Assembly: GCA_038227875.1 (NCBI GenBank)
Contig: JBBRPR010000003.1
Coordinates: forward strand, 96,001-160,000
DNA length: 64,000 bases
Direction of reading: 5' to 3'
From: Planctomycetota bacterium
Lineage (GTDB): Bacteria > Planctomycetota > SZUA-567 > H5-PLA8
Shown: piece after piece, positions 38,061 to 51,360 of the stretch
Position numbering within the stretch: the stretch's first letter is position 1
How the letters are laid out: the number at the start of each line of letters is the position of its first letter
Made by a program: the position numbers and the translations under genes
Notes under the pieces: model-generated
Told to the model about the DNA's origin: nothing
The model's database searches: none
Seen by the model: the letters and a program-made list of their open reading frames with translations, nothing else

Positions 38061-39524
38061 ATGAATTTCTATTTCTGCGAGACGTGCGGCAAGCGCGTTA
38101 CCGATATCGATATCCAAAAAGGCGACGGCCGCGACAAGAAGCTCAAGGGCGTCTACTGTTCCTCCTGTGCCGTCGGCGTGAATACGATGGAAATGGAAGC
38201 GATCACCGACGCGGAAATCCAGTCCTCCCAATCCAAGTCCGTACATTCGCACACCACCGCCGACATGGAAGCGGTCTCCGACCCACCGCGGCGCATCCCG
38301 ACCACGACGATGCGTGCGACGAAACTCAGCGAAACCAAAGCCACAACCCACACCACCGCAGCCCGCGTCTCCGGCGGCAAGAAGCCACCCAGCGGTTCGG
38401 CCGACCGGGTTAAAAACAACACGCCGCTCCTTCTCGGCGGCGCGGCGCTCATCGTGATGACGCTGGGTGTGATTGTGCTGCTGGCGACAGGGAAAAGTAC
38501 TGCGGAGAAGAAAACCGCCGCGGCTCCCGAGCTCAAGAAAACAGCCGAGCCCGCTCCCGCTCCTGCCAACGCCGTTGAATCGCCGCATGAGCTGCCAGCC
38601 TCAGCCCCGTTGACTCGCGCCACGACACCTGAGGCTGCGCCTCCCGCATCCGTAACCGCGCAGCCGGTGTCGGTCTTTCAGGATCAGGGCGAAGACATCC
38701 GTGACTCGCTGGCAGCCCAGAAGCTCAGCGACATCGAACAACTCAAGAAAGACGGCAAGCTAAGCATCGAACAGCTCCGGGCAAAGTACACCGAGCTGGC
38801 GGAGTCCTCCTACAAGACAACGAAGGCCGGCAAACAGGCGGCGGAACTCCTGCTCAAACTGCCTCCCCAAGAAAAACCCGCGTCGGACGTGGCGCAAGCT
38901 CCGGCTCCAGCCGCACCGGAAATTCCTGTTTTGTCTGGTCAACCCCAACCGCCACCCGCCGGCGCAACCACACCGCCCGTAAAAACGGCTGCCACTGCGC
39001 CTGCCACTCCTGCGACGACAGGCAAGAGCGTCTGGTGGGAAGGCGAGAGCGCCATCGAGAACAACTTCATCTGGCACGTCTGGCTGGCCGAGCAGCTCGA
39101 CAAGAACAATCTCTCCGGCGGCAAGTACCTCAACCATCTCAACGATCTCGTCTGGATCAAGAGTCAGCGCAAGACCCCGCCGACGACTCTGCATGCCAAG
39201 TGGATCGTCGATGTGCCGGCCGACGCCACCTACACGCTCTGGGTGCGCGAATACGATCCGTTCTGCGGCGTGCTCTGGAAATTCAAGTGGGACGAAACTG
39301 GCACCTTCTTCAGCGTTCCGGCCAACTACCCTTCAGAGAACCGCGTCGAGGTGGGCAAGGACCGTCCGCTGGTCTGGCGCAACTATCCCAATCAGGTTCT
39401 GAAAAAGGGAAAGCACACGTTTATCATGGAGGCCCCGGTCGAAGGCGCGCATACCGTGGCGGGATTCGACTGCTTCTACCTGACGACCGACCCGTTCAAA
39501 CCCGACGGCGCAAAAAAGCCTTAA
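38061..39524 (+). CDS. Zn-ribbon, single-TM protein with C-terminal carbohydrate-binding-like domain
   Basis: FCETCGKR..YCSSC, a TM at about aa 125-143, a Pro/Ala linker and C-terminal VWWEGES..LSGGKYL..FDCFYLT. Confidence 0.75.
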   Translation: MNFYFCETCGKRVTDIDIQKGDGRDKKLKGVYCSSCAVGVNTMEMEAITDAEIQSSQSKSVHSHTTADMEAVSDPPRRIPTTTMRATKLSETKATTHTTAARVSGGKKPPSGSADRVKNNTPLLLGGAALIVMTLGVIVLLATGKSTAEKKTAAAPELKKTAEPAPAPANAVESPHELPASAPLTRATTPEAAPPASVTAQPVSVFQDQGEDIRDSLAAQKLSDIEQLKKDGKLSIEQLRAKYTELAESSYKTTKAGKQAAELLLKLPPQEKPASDVAQAPAPAAPEIPVLSGQPQPPPAGATTPPVKTAATAPATPATTGKSVWWEGESAIENNFIWHVWLAEQLDKNNLSGGKYLNHLNDLVWIKSQRKTPPTTLHAKWIVDVPADATYTLWVREYDPFCGVLWKFKWDETGTFFSVPANYPSENRVEVGKDRPLVWRNYPNQVLKKGKHTFIMEAPVEGAHTVAGFDCFYLTTDPFKPDGAKKP

Positions 39525-39532
39525 GCCCGCCA

Positions 39533-40012
39533 CTACGCGCCGAACATCTTCACACGCGTTTCCGTCGCCAGCTCGTCGCAGCGTTCGTTCTCGGGATGGC
39601 CCGAATGGCCGCGCGTCCATTCCCACTTCACCGTGTGTTTCTGTATCAGCGCGTCAAGCGCTTCCCAGAGTTCGCGGTTTTTCACGGGCTGCTTCGTTGA
39701 ACTCTTCCAGCCGTTGCGCTTCCAGTTTACGATCCAGTTCTGGCGGAAGGCATTGGCGACGTACTCGCTGTCGGTGACGATCGTGACCAGGCACGGCACC
39801 TTCAACTCTTCCAGCGCGCGCGTGACAGCGGTCAGTTCCATGCGATTGTTGGTCGTCTGCGCTTCGCCGCCGGTCAGTTCCTTCTCTTTTTCGCCGTAGC
39901 GCAGGATCGCCGCCCAGGCCCCCGGCCCGGGATTCGGGCGGCAGCCGCCATCGCAGAAAATCATGACCTTGGGCGCAGCCTTGGCCGCCGGTGGTTTGGC
40001 GTCAGCGCTCAT
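39533..40012 (-). CDS. rnhA: Ribonuclease HI
   Basis: [32 protein letters not shown] and [12 protein letters not shown]. Confidence 0.96.
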   Translation of the reverse strand: MSADAKPPAAKAAPKVMIFCDGGCRPNPGPGAWAAILRYGEKEKELTGGEAQTTNNRMELTAVTRALEELKVPCLVTIVTDSEYVANAFRQNWIVNWKRNGWKSSTKQPVKNRELWEALDALIQKHTVKWEWTRGHSGHPENERCDELATETRVKMFGA

Positions 40013-41161
40013 TTAGAGGATCACCAGGTTGTCGCGATGGACGACTTCTTCGAATAGGAGCTGCCCGATCTCTTTCAGCACCTGCGACGTCTTCTTGCCC
40101 CGAATCCGCTCGATTTCATTGGCGGAAAAGTTGGTCAGTCCGCGCGCGAACTCGCGGTCGTTGCACATCAGCGAGACCAGTTCGCCCGAATCGTATTTGC
40201 CCTTCACCGCCACGACGCCCGACGGCAGCAGGCTCTTGTGGCCCTTCACCAGCGCGTCGCGCGCACCGGCGTCGACGCAGATGGAACCCTTCGGGTGGCT
40301 GGTGAACGCCAGCCAGTGCTTACGCGCACTGATGCGGTCGACGCGCGGCTTGAAAAACGTGCCGACCTCGCGGCCAGCGATGATGTCCTGGAGAATCGAC
40401 GGATCGTGACCCGGCGCAAGCACCAGCATGAAGCCCGAAGCCATCGCGATTTTCGCCGCCTGCAGTTTGCTGACCATGCCGCCGGTGCCCAGAAACGAGC
40501 CCGTCGGCCGCGCCACTGCTTCGAGCGCCGGGGTCATCTCCTCCACCAGCGGAATGACTTTGGCATCGGGATTCGAACGTGGATCGGCGTCCATCAGGCC
40601 GGCGACATCGGTCAGGATGATCAGCAGATCCGATTCCGAGACGCCCGCCACCAGCGCCGAAAGCGTGTCGTTATCGCCGAAGCGGATTTCCTCGACGCTG
40701 ACCGTGTCGTTCTCGTTGATGATCGGCACCGCGCGCTTTTTCAGCAGCGTCAGCATGGTGTTGCGTGTGTTCAGGTACCGGTCGCGTTCAACCAGGCCAT
40801 CGCGCGTGAGCAGCAGTTGACCGACGCTGAGCTTCGGTTTGGTGCGCTTGAACGCCTGCGCGTAAATCTTCATCAGCTCCACTTGCCCGGCGGCCGCGCA
40901 GGCCTGGCGCTCGGGGAGCGTATCGGGGCGCTTCTCATAGCCGAGCACACCGCACCCCGCGCCAATCGCGCCGGACGTGACGATCGCCACTTCACGCCCT
41001 TCGGCCCACAGCGCGCTAACGGCGCGGCTGAGCTTGATCACGAAGCGCCGGTCGACGGTGGTCGAATTTCCGGTCAGCAGCGCCGTGCCGACTTTGACGA
41101 TGATGCGCCGCGCGGATTTAAGCTCCACGCGCTCGAGAGAGAGGGGACTTTGGCGATGCAT
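40013..41161 (-). CDS. proB: Glutamate 5-kinase
   Basis: VKVGT, VTSGAIGAG, PIINENDTVS, FGDNDTLSA, GTGGMVSKL and a PUA domain. Confidence 0.95.
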   Translation of the reverse strand: MHRQSPLSLERVELKSARRIIVKVGTALLTGNSTTVDRRFVIKLSRAVSALWAEGREVAIVTSGAIGAGCGVLGYEKRPDTLPERQACAAAGQVELMKIYAQAFKRTKPKLSVGQLLLTRDGLVERDRYLNTRNTMLTLLKKRAVPIINENDTVSVEEIRFGDNDTLSALVAGVSESDLLIILTDVAGLMDADPRSNPDAKVIPLVEEMTPALEAVARPTGSFLGTGGMVSKLQAAKIAMASGFMLVLAPGHDPSILQDIIAGREVGTFFKPRVDRISARKHWLAFTSHPKGSICVDAGARDALVKGHKSLLPSGVVAVKGKYDSGELVSLMCNDREFARGLTNFSANEIERIRGKKTSQVLKEIGQLLFEEVVHRDNLVIL

Positions 41162-41395
41162 GGGAACATAATAGGGATGCGGTGAAAAAACTCCAGCGTA
41201 CCGCCGCTGTACGACCGGCAACGCGCTGGGCCCCTTTTTCGCTCCTCGAAAATATGGCGTCCTTGACCCATTGCATGTGATCCTTGTAAAAGTGATACTG
41301 CCCAACGGGGATTCTTGCGAATTCTCCGCACCACACGTGCGTCGTGTGTATGCAAAATCACGTCGACTACCCATAGGGAAATACGGGGAAATACC

Positions 41396-44300
41396 ATGCT
41401 TAATCTTCGCCACGCCGGTCTCACGCTCCTGCTGCTCTGCTCCGCTTCCGCGCTGGCCGGGGAGAATGTCTGGATCGAAGGCGAAGCGGCGAAGACCAAC
41501 GACTTCGTCAAACACAACTGGTACGACGCCGTCCACAAGGAAGGCATGTCGGGCAAGGCGTGGCTTTCGCACTACGACGGCGCAAAACCCGGCACAGCCA
41601 CGTATGAACTGGAATCCAAAGAGGGCGGGAATTTTGTCTTCTGGCTGCGCTGCAATTACTACTCCTGTGAGATGGACTACAAGCTCAACGACGCCGACTT
41701 CAAAGCCATCGACTTCGCCACCGAAAACGTCCGCGACGGTTTCATGATCTCCGAAAAGCCCGATCATCGTTTTCTCGGCTGGGTGAAAGTCGGCACGGTG
41801 GCCTTGAACAAGGGCCCGAACACGCTCGCGCTGAAAATTCACAGCAAGCTCTCCAACCACGGCGGCATCGATTGCTTCGTGCTCTCCAACACCGGCTTCA
41901 TTCCATCGGGCGCGGTGAAGCCCGGCAAGGAAGACGCGGGCGCGGAAACGCTCGATCCCGATGCGATCTGGGTCGAAGGCGAGGACGCCGAAACCCGCGA
42001 CGTCTCCAAGCACAACTGGTACGACGCCGGCGACGTCGCCAAGGAAGCGATGTCCGGCAAGGAATGGCTGAGCCATTACGGCGACAAGGCCGGCAGTGCC
42101 AAGTACAGTTTCACCGCGAAGAAGGACAGCGACGTGGTGCTCTGGCTGCGCTGCAATCCGTTCCAGGCGAAGATCGAATACAAGCTCGACGGCGCGGACT
42201 TCAAACCCCTCGACACCAGCGAAGGCAGCATCCGCGACTACTTGAAAGTCTCGAAGAATCCCGATCACCGTTTTCTGGCGTGGGCCCGCGCCGGAGCGAT
42301 GAAGCTCACCGCCGGCAAGCACACGCTGGAATTGAAGCTCGACGGCGGCATCAGTCACAGCACGGCGATCGATTGCTTCGTCTTCGCCAACGCCGAATTC
42401 ATTCCCAGCGGCGCGCAGAAGCCGACAGTTTCCAGCGGCACCGTTAGTCCCGACGCGTGGTTCCGCGTCGTCGCGGATGTCGATCAGTTCTCAGATAAAT
42501 CGCTGATCGACATGAGCAAACTGATTCCCGCTCCGGCCGGGCAGTTCGGATTTTTGAAGCGCGAGGGCAAGGAGCTGAAATTCGAGAAGGGCGACCAGCC
42601 GGTGAAATTCTGGGGCATCTGCGCCGGCTGCAACACCGGCGAGACCAGCGCGCAGATGGCCGTGCGCGCGCATTACTATGCCAAGCACGGCATCAACATG
42701 ATCCGTCAGCATCCGCTCTTTGGCATTCTCGGGCCGCTGAAGAACGGGCAGTTCGACGCCAAGGCGCTCGACGGCTGGGACCGCTGGTTCGCGGCGCTGA
42801 AGAACCAGGGCATCTACATGACGTGGTCGATTTTCTATCCGCTGCGCATCACCGACGCCGACGGCTATCCGCCGGAACTGCTCAAGGAACTCGATTTCAA
42901 TCCCGGCGACAAAACCTACGGCACGTACGGCATGGCAACGTTCTCGCGCAAACTACAGGACCTGGAAATCGCGTACGCGCAAGTCATTCTCAATCACGTC
43001 AACCCGTACACCAAGCTCGCGTACAAGGACGATCCCGCGCTGGCTGTGCTGGAAGTCCACAACGAAGACTGCGTCTTCTTCCACAATCCGCTTTCGGGCC
43101 TCGCCAATCCGCAGACCAAAACGCCGCTCCACGCGAAAATGCTGCGGCAGATGTTCTGCGAGTGGGCGAAGAAAGCGTACGGCACCGACGACGCGCTGCA
43201 GAAGGCCTGGGGCACCAAGGACACGCTGGCCAACGGCGAACTGCCGCTCTACGCCACGTGGCAGATGACGCCGGCGCGGACCAACGTCGACAGCAAGGCC
43301 AAGCTCGGCGCGTTCATCCATTTCCTCACCGACATGGAACGCGAATTTTATGATCGGCGCATGAAGGAATACCGCGACGCCGGCTACAAGGCCGTGACCA
43401 TCACCACCGCGTGGTTCACCGAGACGCTGGCGCAGCCGGCCAATCTCTACTGCGATTCGGCCGCGGATCTGATCGACCGTCACAACTATTTCGGCGGCGG
43501 CGTCGGAGGCCACGGGATTTCCGCGGGCAAGGTGAACAACGATACTCACATGCGTTCGCCCGGCGGCGGCATTCTCTCCTCCGGATTTTTCCAGATGGAA
43601 GACCGGCCCTTCTCGCTGACCGAATGGACGTCCTGTCCGCCCAATCAATTCAAGGCCGAGATCGCGCCGCTCTTCGCGTTTTATGGCATGGGGCTGCAGG
43701 GCTGGGACGCGTCGTACCACTTCGCTAGCGGAGCCACGCGCATCGGCGACGGCTGGCCGGGCTTGAGCTCCTACTGCACCGACACGCCGCACTACATCGG
43801 CCAATTCCCCGCGCTGGCCTACGCGCTCTATAAGGGGCACATCAAGGAAGCACCGCTGGCCGCCGCGCGGCGCTTGAAGATGGACGAACTTTTCACAGGC
43901 GACGATCCGCTCGGCGAAGCCGCCGCGGCCGGCGGCGGCAATGGCTTCGACCAGAAGCAGACCACCGGCGTCCAGACGCCCAACGAAGTCCTCGCGATCG
44001 GCCGCGTCACCGTCAGCTTCGACGGCAAAGCTCCGGAGAAAACCGATTGGAGCAAGTACTGGAACAAGGAGAAGAAAACCGTCGCCTCAATGACCGGCGA
44101 ACTGAATTGGGATTACGGCAACCGCATCGTCACGCTCACCGCGCCGAAAACGCAGGCCGTGATCGGCTTCGCCGGCGGCAGCACGCAGGAACTTCCCGGC
44201 GCGACCGTGGCCGTGAAGACGCCGTTCGTCAGCCTGATCTTCACGCCGCTGGACGACAAGCCTCTGGCCGAATCGGCGAGCATCCTGATCACCGCAATGG

Positions 44301-44542
44301 CCGAGGACAAGCAATCGAACACCCAATACAACGCCGACGGCACGCAGCTCATCGCCATCGGCGGACCGCCCTTGTTGATGGAGCCGGTGCAGGCGACCAT
44401 CACGCTCAAAGGCGCCGCGCCGAAGACCGTCGAGGTCCTCGACATTTACGGCGTACCCAACGGCAAGCAGGTGAAGACCAGCGGCAACGCGTTCACCATC
44501 GACGGCACTTACAAGACGTACTATTACCACGTCACGCGCTGA
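41396..44542 (+). CDS. Secreted glycoside hydrolase (clan-A/GH5-like) with two N-terminal CBM-like repeats
   Basis: Signal peptide; duplicated WxEGE..HNWYD..MSGKxWLSHY..LRCN..IDCFV modules; NPYTKLAYKDDPALAVLEVHNE, IDRHNY and FSLTEW. Confidence 0.75.
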   Translation: MLNLRHAGLTLLLLCSASALAGENVWIEGEAAKTNDFVKHNWYDAVHKEGMSGKAWLSHYDGAKPGTATYELESKEGGNFVFWLRCNYYSCEMDYKLNDADFKAIDFATENVRDGFMISEKPDHRFLGWVKVGTVALNKGPNTLALKIHSKLSNHGGIDCFVLSNTGFIPSGAVKPGKEDAGAETLDPDAIWVEGEDAETRDVSKHNWYDAGDVAKEAMSGKEWLSHYGDKAGSAKYSFTAKKDSDVVLWLRCNPFQAKIEYKLDGADFKPLDTSEGSIRDYLKVSKNPDHRFLAWARAGAMKLTAGKHTLELKLDGGISHSTAIDCFVFANAEFIPSGAQKPTVSSGTVSPDAWFRVVADVDQFSDKSLIDMSKLIPAPAGQFGFLKREGKELKFEKGDQPVKFWGICAGCNTGETSAQMAVRAHYYAKHGINMIRQHPLFGILGPLKNGQFDAKALDGWDRWFAALKNQGIYMTWSIFYPLRITDADGYPPELLKELDFNPGDKTYGTYGMATFSRKLQDLEIAYAQVILNHVNPYTKLAYKDDPALAVLEVHNEDCVFFHNPLSGLANPQTKTPLHAKMLRQMFCEWAKKAYGTDDALQKAWGTKDTLANGELPLYATWQMTPARTNVDSKAKLGAFIHFLTDMEREFYDRRMKEYRDAGYKAVTITTAWFTETLAQPANLYCDSAADLIDRHNYFGGGVGGHGISAGKVNNDTHMRSPGGGILSSGFFQMEDRPFSLTEWTSCPPNQFKAEIAPLFAFYGMGLQGWDASYHFASGATRIGDGWPGLSSYCTDTPHYIGQFPALAYALYKGHIKEAPLAAARRLKMDELFTGDDPLGEAAAAGGGNGFDQKQTTGVQTPNEVLAIGRVTVSFDGKAPEKTDWSKYWNKEKKTVASMTGELNWDYGNRIVTLTAPKTQAVIGFAGGSTQELPGATVAVKTPFVSLIFTPLDDKPLAESASILITAMAEDKQSNTQYNADGTQLIAIGGPPLLMEPVQATITLKGAAPKTVEVLDIYGVPNGKQVKTSGNAFTIDGTYKTYYYHVTR

Positions 44543-44726
44543 CCGGGGCCGGCGGGGCCGACCGCGAATTGCGTCTCTAATTTTGGCGCGGTTCGACACG
44601 TCTACAGAGTGTCATAGGAGGCCAAGGTGCAACTTTTACCAATGCACCTTGTGAGTACTCCTTGACGAAAATGCGCCGCGACGTTCTAATGTAGTGTTCT
44701 TACATCGGGCGAGAGGATTAGAAGCC

Positions 44727-45161
44727 ATGCCGGTTCATGTCAAATTGCGCTGCAGCGAATGTGAAACGTTGCGTGAAGAAGATCTCAAGATGGAAGACAC
44801 CGAGATCACCTGTCCGGCCTGCGGTCGCCGCATGGCCAATCTCCAGCAGAACGAATACGTCGAAATCGAATCGAATTTGAAGAAGCAACAGCTCTTCTCG
44901 ATCATCAGCCTGGTCGCGTTTGGCATCACCGTCATCCTGCTGATCATGTGGGCGGTTCCGCATTCCGTGGCCACCGCTGCGCCGGCCACGGTGACACCCG
45001 GCCAGCCCGCTCCGACTGGATTCATGATCGACTGGATCTCCGGCACCGGCACCGAAAAAGCCGCCAACCAGGGCATGTTCATCGCCGCGCTGGTCTGCGG
45101 CCTGATCTCGCTGGTGCTCGGCGTCCTGGCTTCGATGAAGCGCTACATCATCGAATTCTAA
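44727..45161 (+). CDS. Small Zn-ribbon membrane protein
   Basis: CSEC..CPAC followed by two TM segments; GAGG SD. Confidence 0.7.
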   Translation: MPVHVKLRCSECETLREEDLKMEDTEITCPACGRRMANLQQNEYVEIESNLKKQQLFSIISLVAFGITVILLIMWAVPHSVATAAPATVTPGQPAPTGFMIDWISGTGTEKAANQGMFIAALVCGLISLVLGVLASMKRYIIEF

Positions 45162-45181
45162 ACAACTCTTCCCATCAAAAT

Positions 45182-45211
45182 AAAACTCCCGGCCATCAGG
45201 CCGGGAGTTTT
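45182..45211. terminator. Bidirectional rho-independent terminator
   Basis: aaaactcccggcc-atca-ggccgggagtttt. Confidence 0.85.
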
Positions 45212-45234
45212 TGTTTCGACATTCGACATTCCCA

Positions 45235-46533
45235 TCACGCATCTTTCAAGAACAACTCCACCACCGGTACCGTCACGCCTGGTTTGTGGACCGGCAGTTC
45301 CAGGGTCAGCGTGTCGGCGGAAATTCCACCCGGCGTCGTGCAGTTGGCCTGCTGATGCGGGTCGATGGTCATCATGCGGACTTCCGACGCATCGTTAAGC
45401 AGCTGCGCGTATTCGACGCGCCTGGCCAGGCCGGGAAGATGGACGTTCTTGAACGGCCACGCGAACAGATGCAGGTAGAGACGATTGCCGTTCTGCGTGT
45501 AGCGGCAATCGGTCGGCGGCGTGAAGTCGCTGGCCGTGCAACCGTAGATCGAGCGATTGTGCAGGCGCATCCATTCGCCCATGCCGCGCAGCCGGTCGAT
45601 GGCGCGCGGGTCGAGTTCGCCGCGGCCGTTGGGTCCGACGTTCAGCAGCAGGTTGCCGCCTTTGGAAACGCCATCGATGAGCATCTGGATCAGCATCTCG
45701 GTGGACTTCCACGACATCTCGTCGCGGTGGTAGCCCCAGCTTCCGCTGAAGGTCTGGCACGCTTCCCAGACCACGGGCTTGCCATTCACTTCCAGCCAGC
45801 CGTGCGGTTGAAATTGTTCCGGCGTCTTGATGTCGCCGCCGAGTTCCAGGCGGTCGTTGAGGACGATGTGCGGCTGCAGTTCGCGGACCATCTTCAGGAG
45901 TTTCTCGGACTGCCAGTCGGCCTTGCCCTTACCCTTCATGCCGTCGTGGACGCTGCCGGCGTAGGAAAAGTCGAACCACATCACGCTGACTTTGCCGAAC
46001 TCCGTGAGCAGTTCGCGGGTCTGGCCGTGGAGATACTCGGCGTACTTGCGGATGTCGCGGTGCTGCTGAGCCGCGCGGAAGTCCTTGTTGTCGCGCATCG
46101 GATGCAGGCCATCGATCGGAAATTCCGGATGATGCCAGTCGATCAGCGAATGGTAGAAACCGGTCTTCAGACCTTCCTTGCTGAACGCATCGACCATCGG
46201 CCGCAGCACGTCCTTGCCATACGGCGTGCGCGTGGCTTTGTAGTCGGTCAGCTTCGAATCCCACAGGCAGAAGCCCTCGTGATGCTTGGTGGTGATCACG
46301 AAGTACTTCATCCCCGCGTTGCGCGCCTCCTTCGCCCATAGCGCCGGGTCATAGAGATCGGGATCGAAATGCTTGAAGTACTTGTCGTATTTCTCACCGG
46401 GGATGCGCTCGTAGTTCTGGACCCACTCGTGCCGCCCCGCCAGCGAGTAGGTGCCCCAGTGGATGAACAGCCCGAAACGTTCCTTCTGGAACCAGGACGT
46501 GTCTCCTTCAGTGGGTTCTGGCAGTCGTGGCAT
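45235..46533 (-). CDS. Alpha-L-fucosidase (GH29)
   Basis: FGLFIHWG, TTKHHEGFCLWD, YHSLIDWHHP, WFDFS and GNLLLNVGP. Confidence 0.93.
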   Translation of the reverse strand: MPRLPEPTEGDTSWFQKERFGLFIHWGTYSLAGRHEWVQNYERIPGEKYDKYFKHFDPDLYDPALWAKEARNAGMKYFVITTKHHEGFCLWDSKLTDYKATRTPYGKDVLRPMVDAFSKEGLKTGFYHSLIDWHHPEFPIDGLHPMRDNKDFRAAQQHRDIRKYAEYLHGQTRELLTEFGKVSVMWFDFSYAGSVHDGMKGKGKADWQSEKLLKMVRELQPHIVLNDRLELGGDIKTPEQFQPHGWLEVNGKPVVWEACQTFSGSWGYHRDEMSWKSTEMLIQMLIDGVSKGGNLLLNVGPNGRGELDPRAIDRLRGMGEWMRLHNRSIYGCTASDFTPPTDCRYTQNGNRLYLHLFAWPFKNVHLPGLARRVEYAQLLNDASEVRMMTIDPHQQANCTTPGGISADTLTLELPVHKPGVTVPVVELFLKDA

Positions 46534-46868
46534 GTAGGACTCCTTTCAAGAATAGTATTTTGCGTTCATAGTACAATTTTAACCAATTGGCAAGGATTAA
46601 TCGCCGACGTTTCGTTCGCCGGACGGCCAGGAGTCGACAGGCGGGAGTCGAGTTCCTGTAGCTGAAAACATCTTCGCAAAGTCAGGACATTACAGCGGGC
46701 CGGCTGATTGTTTTCTGTACATGCAACGTACAACCGACGGCTGCGCAAAACTGCTCAACCGACTGCGATTTCATAGGAGAACCGGCCGAAATTGCTGGCC
46801 GCACAAGGACGCTTTTCTGGCTTCAAACTTGCGATTTAGTCCCCACACACGAACCACGGAGATTGGGG

Positions 46869-47234
46869 ATGTCTTTGAAGATTGTCTGCGTCTCGGCGCG
46901 GGGCGCACAGATTTTTACCGGGGAGCTTCGTCAGCGCATCCAGTCCGGCGGCGTGAAAGGCTGGACCAGCCACAGCGGCCACATTACGCACGCGGAAAAA
47001 CAGTGGAGCAAGAAAGGGTACTTCCAGCTTCCCGACACCATCAGTCCCAAGCGCAACGCCTTCGACCTGCAGTTCCAATGGCCCAACGATATGCCCGACG
47101 ACCCGCTGACCGTCTACGCGCATTACCACGCCCAGTTCGTCTACATGCTGCTAACCACGAAATTCGACGCGCGCCTGCTGGGCATTTCAGCAGACCCAAA
47201 TTACGCGCTGCTGGGGGCGGCTCGTGGCTCTTAG
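46869..47234 (+). CDS. Hypothetical protein
   Basis: About 121 aa with host-like codon usage. Confidence 0.6.
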   Translation: MSLKIVCVSARGAQIFTGELRQRIQSGGVKGWTSHSGHITHAEKQWSKKGYFQLPDTISPKRNAFDLQFQWPNDMPDDPLTVYAHYHAQFVYMLLTTKFDARLLGISADPNYALLGAARGS

Positions 47235-47355
47235 CTCGTGGGGCTGCGAGAGCGCTGGTCGGGCAATTTTGAATTTTCTGTTTTGAACTGAACGGCGTGA
47301 CTCCAGCCGCCCATCGTCGGTACACAGTGCGGACGCCCTATGAAAGACACGCACT

Positions 47356-47490
47356 ATGGATTTTCCATTTCCGCTATTGAACTCATTTTGTCCCGGCAAC
47401 GACGACACGCTCATCCCGACGTGGCCATTCGCCTTCGGAATTATCTTAATCGTCGCCGCCTTCTTTCTATTGCGCGAACCCAAGCAGTAA
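47356..47490 (+). CDS. Putative 44-aa single-TM small protein
   Basis: MDFPFPLLNSFCPGNDDTLIPTWPFAFGIILIVAAFFLLREPKQ; below the ORF-track size cut-off. Confidence 0.4.
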   Translation: MDFPFPLLNSFCPGNDDTLIPTWPFAFGIILIVAAFFLLREPKQ

Positions 47491-47512
47491 CGCCTTGCGT
47501 CGCGCAAAATAA

Positions 47513-47538
47513 AATGGGCGGGATCGCTCCCGCCCATT
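47513..47538 (-). terminator. Rho-independent terminator
   Basis: aatgggcggga-tcgc-tcccgcccatt, with a T-run on the minus strand. Confidence 0.7.
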
Positions 47539-47601
47539 CGTCATTCTCTTTTCGACATTCCGTCAGTTCATCGCTCATCATTCATAATTCATAACTCAAC
47601 G

Positions 47602-50280
<2,679 letters not shown>

Positions 50281-50462
50281 GCTTCTCGTCCCCCGCCTCT
50301 ATTTTTTTGTGTGTCGCTTTTATATAAAGTGGTGTAACCGCTGGCAAGGCTGTTACCGTTGTTTGCGAAAATACCATGCACGAGTGAGGTGCGACGCAAA
50401 CCGTTTTGCGCGGCTACCGATTGAATTCGCGTAACATCCGTGTCGAACTCGAGGAATTAGTG

Positions 50463-51149
50463 ATGAAAATGCCGTCCCTGTCCCTGATCGCGCTCTGTTT
50501 CTGTGCCTGTCTTTCCGCCGCTGAACCGAAAACGACCACCCCGGCCGTGAAAAACCCGGAGCGGCACACCGGCTTCCTCGATGACATCAAGAAAATGAAC
50601 GGCACCGTCGACCTGGTCTTCGTCGGCGATTCGATCACCGATGGCTGGCGCGGCGGCGGCAAGGCCGTCTGGCAGAAAACCTGGAGCAAGGATCACCCGC
50701 TGAATCTCGGCATCTCCGGCGACCGCACCGAGCATGTCCTCTGGCGCATGAAAAACGGCGAACTGGACGGTTACAAGGCCAAGCTCTTCGTCATCATGAT
50801 CGGCACCAACAACGGTGGCGATTCGGCCGCCGACGTCGCCGCCGGCATCACCGCGATTGTCAAAGAAATTCAATCCAAGCAGCCGCAGGCCAAAATCCTG
50901 CTGCTGGGCATCTTCCCCCGCGGCGAAAAACCCAATCCGGCGCGCACCAAGAACGAGGAAGTCAACAAGATCGTCGCCAAGCTCGACGACGGCAAGGCGC
51001 TGAAGTACCTCGACATTGGCGACAAGTTCCTCACTGCCGACAAGACCTTGACCAAGGACATCATGCCCGACGCCCTCCACCCCAATCTCAAAGGCTACGA
51101 GATCTGGGCCAAAGAGACCGACCCCATCATTCAGCAGATGCTGCAATAA
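50463..51149 (+). CDS. Secreted SGNH/GDSL esterase (PAF-acetylhydrolase-like)
   Basis: FVGDSITDGW, LGISGDRT, IGTNN and DALHP. Confidence 0.9.
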   Translation: MKMPSLSLIALCFCACLSAAEPKTTTPAVKNPERHTGFLDDIKKMNGTVDLVFVGDSITDGWRGGGKAVWQKTWSKDHPLNLGISGDRTEHVLWRMKNGELDGYKAKLFVIMIGTNNGGDSAADVAAGITAIVKEIQSKQPQAKILLLGIFPRGEKPNPARTKNEEVNKIVAKLDDGKALKYLDIGDKFLTADKTLTKDIMPDALHPNLKGYEIWAKETDPIIQQMLQ

Positions 51150-51172
51150 GGGACAGAACTGAGGACTGAGGA

Positions 51173-51200
51173 AAAACTCCCCGCTTACGCGGGGAGTTTT
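51173..51200 (+). terminator. Rho-independent terminator, flanked by CTGAGGA/TCCTCAG heptamer tracts (51159-51268)
   Basis: aaaactccccgc-ttac-gcggggagtttt. Confidence 0.85.
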
Positions 51201-51360
51201 GTTGAGTCGACTTAACGAGCTAAGCGACGCGCCGTAACCTCAGTCCTCAATCCTCAGTCCTCAGCCCTCGGTCCTTCTGTTTACACACATTAGGTTTGCT
51301 CTTTTCACTCCCAAGGTGTAGTCATAAGTAGTTGTTTCTCCTCCACGCTCCGGAGGCTCC

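Noticed and set aside
40013..42358. 781-aa ProB with a long N-terminal extension, as in the ORF track
   Set aside because: The extension is the antisense of the 41396-44542 hydrolase; ProB homology begins near 41161.
46560..46860. Riboswitch or ncRNA in the fucosidase upstream region
   Set aside because: I could not recognise any riboswitch consensus by eye; an Rfam scan would be needed.
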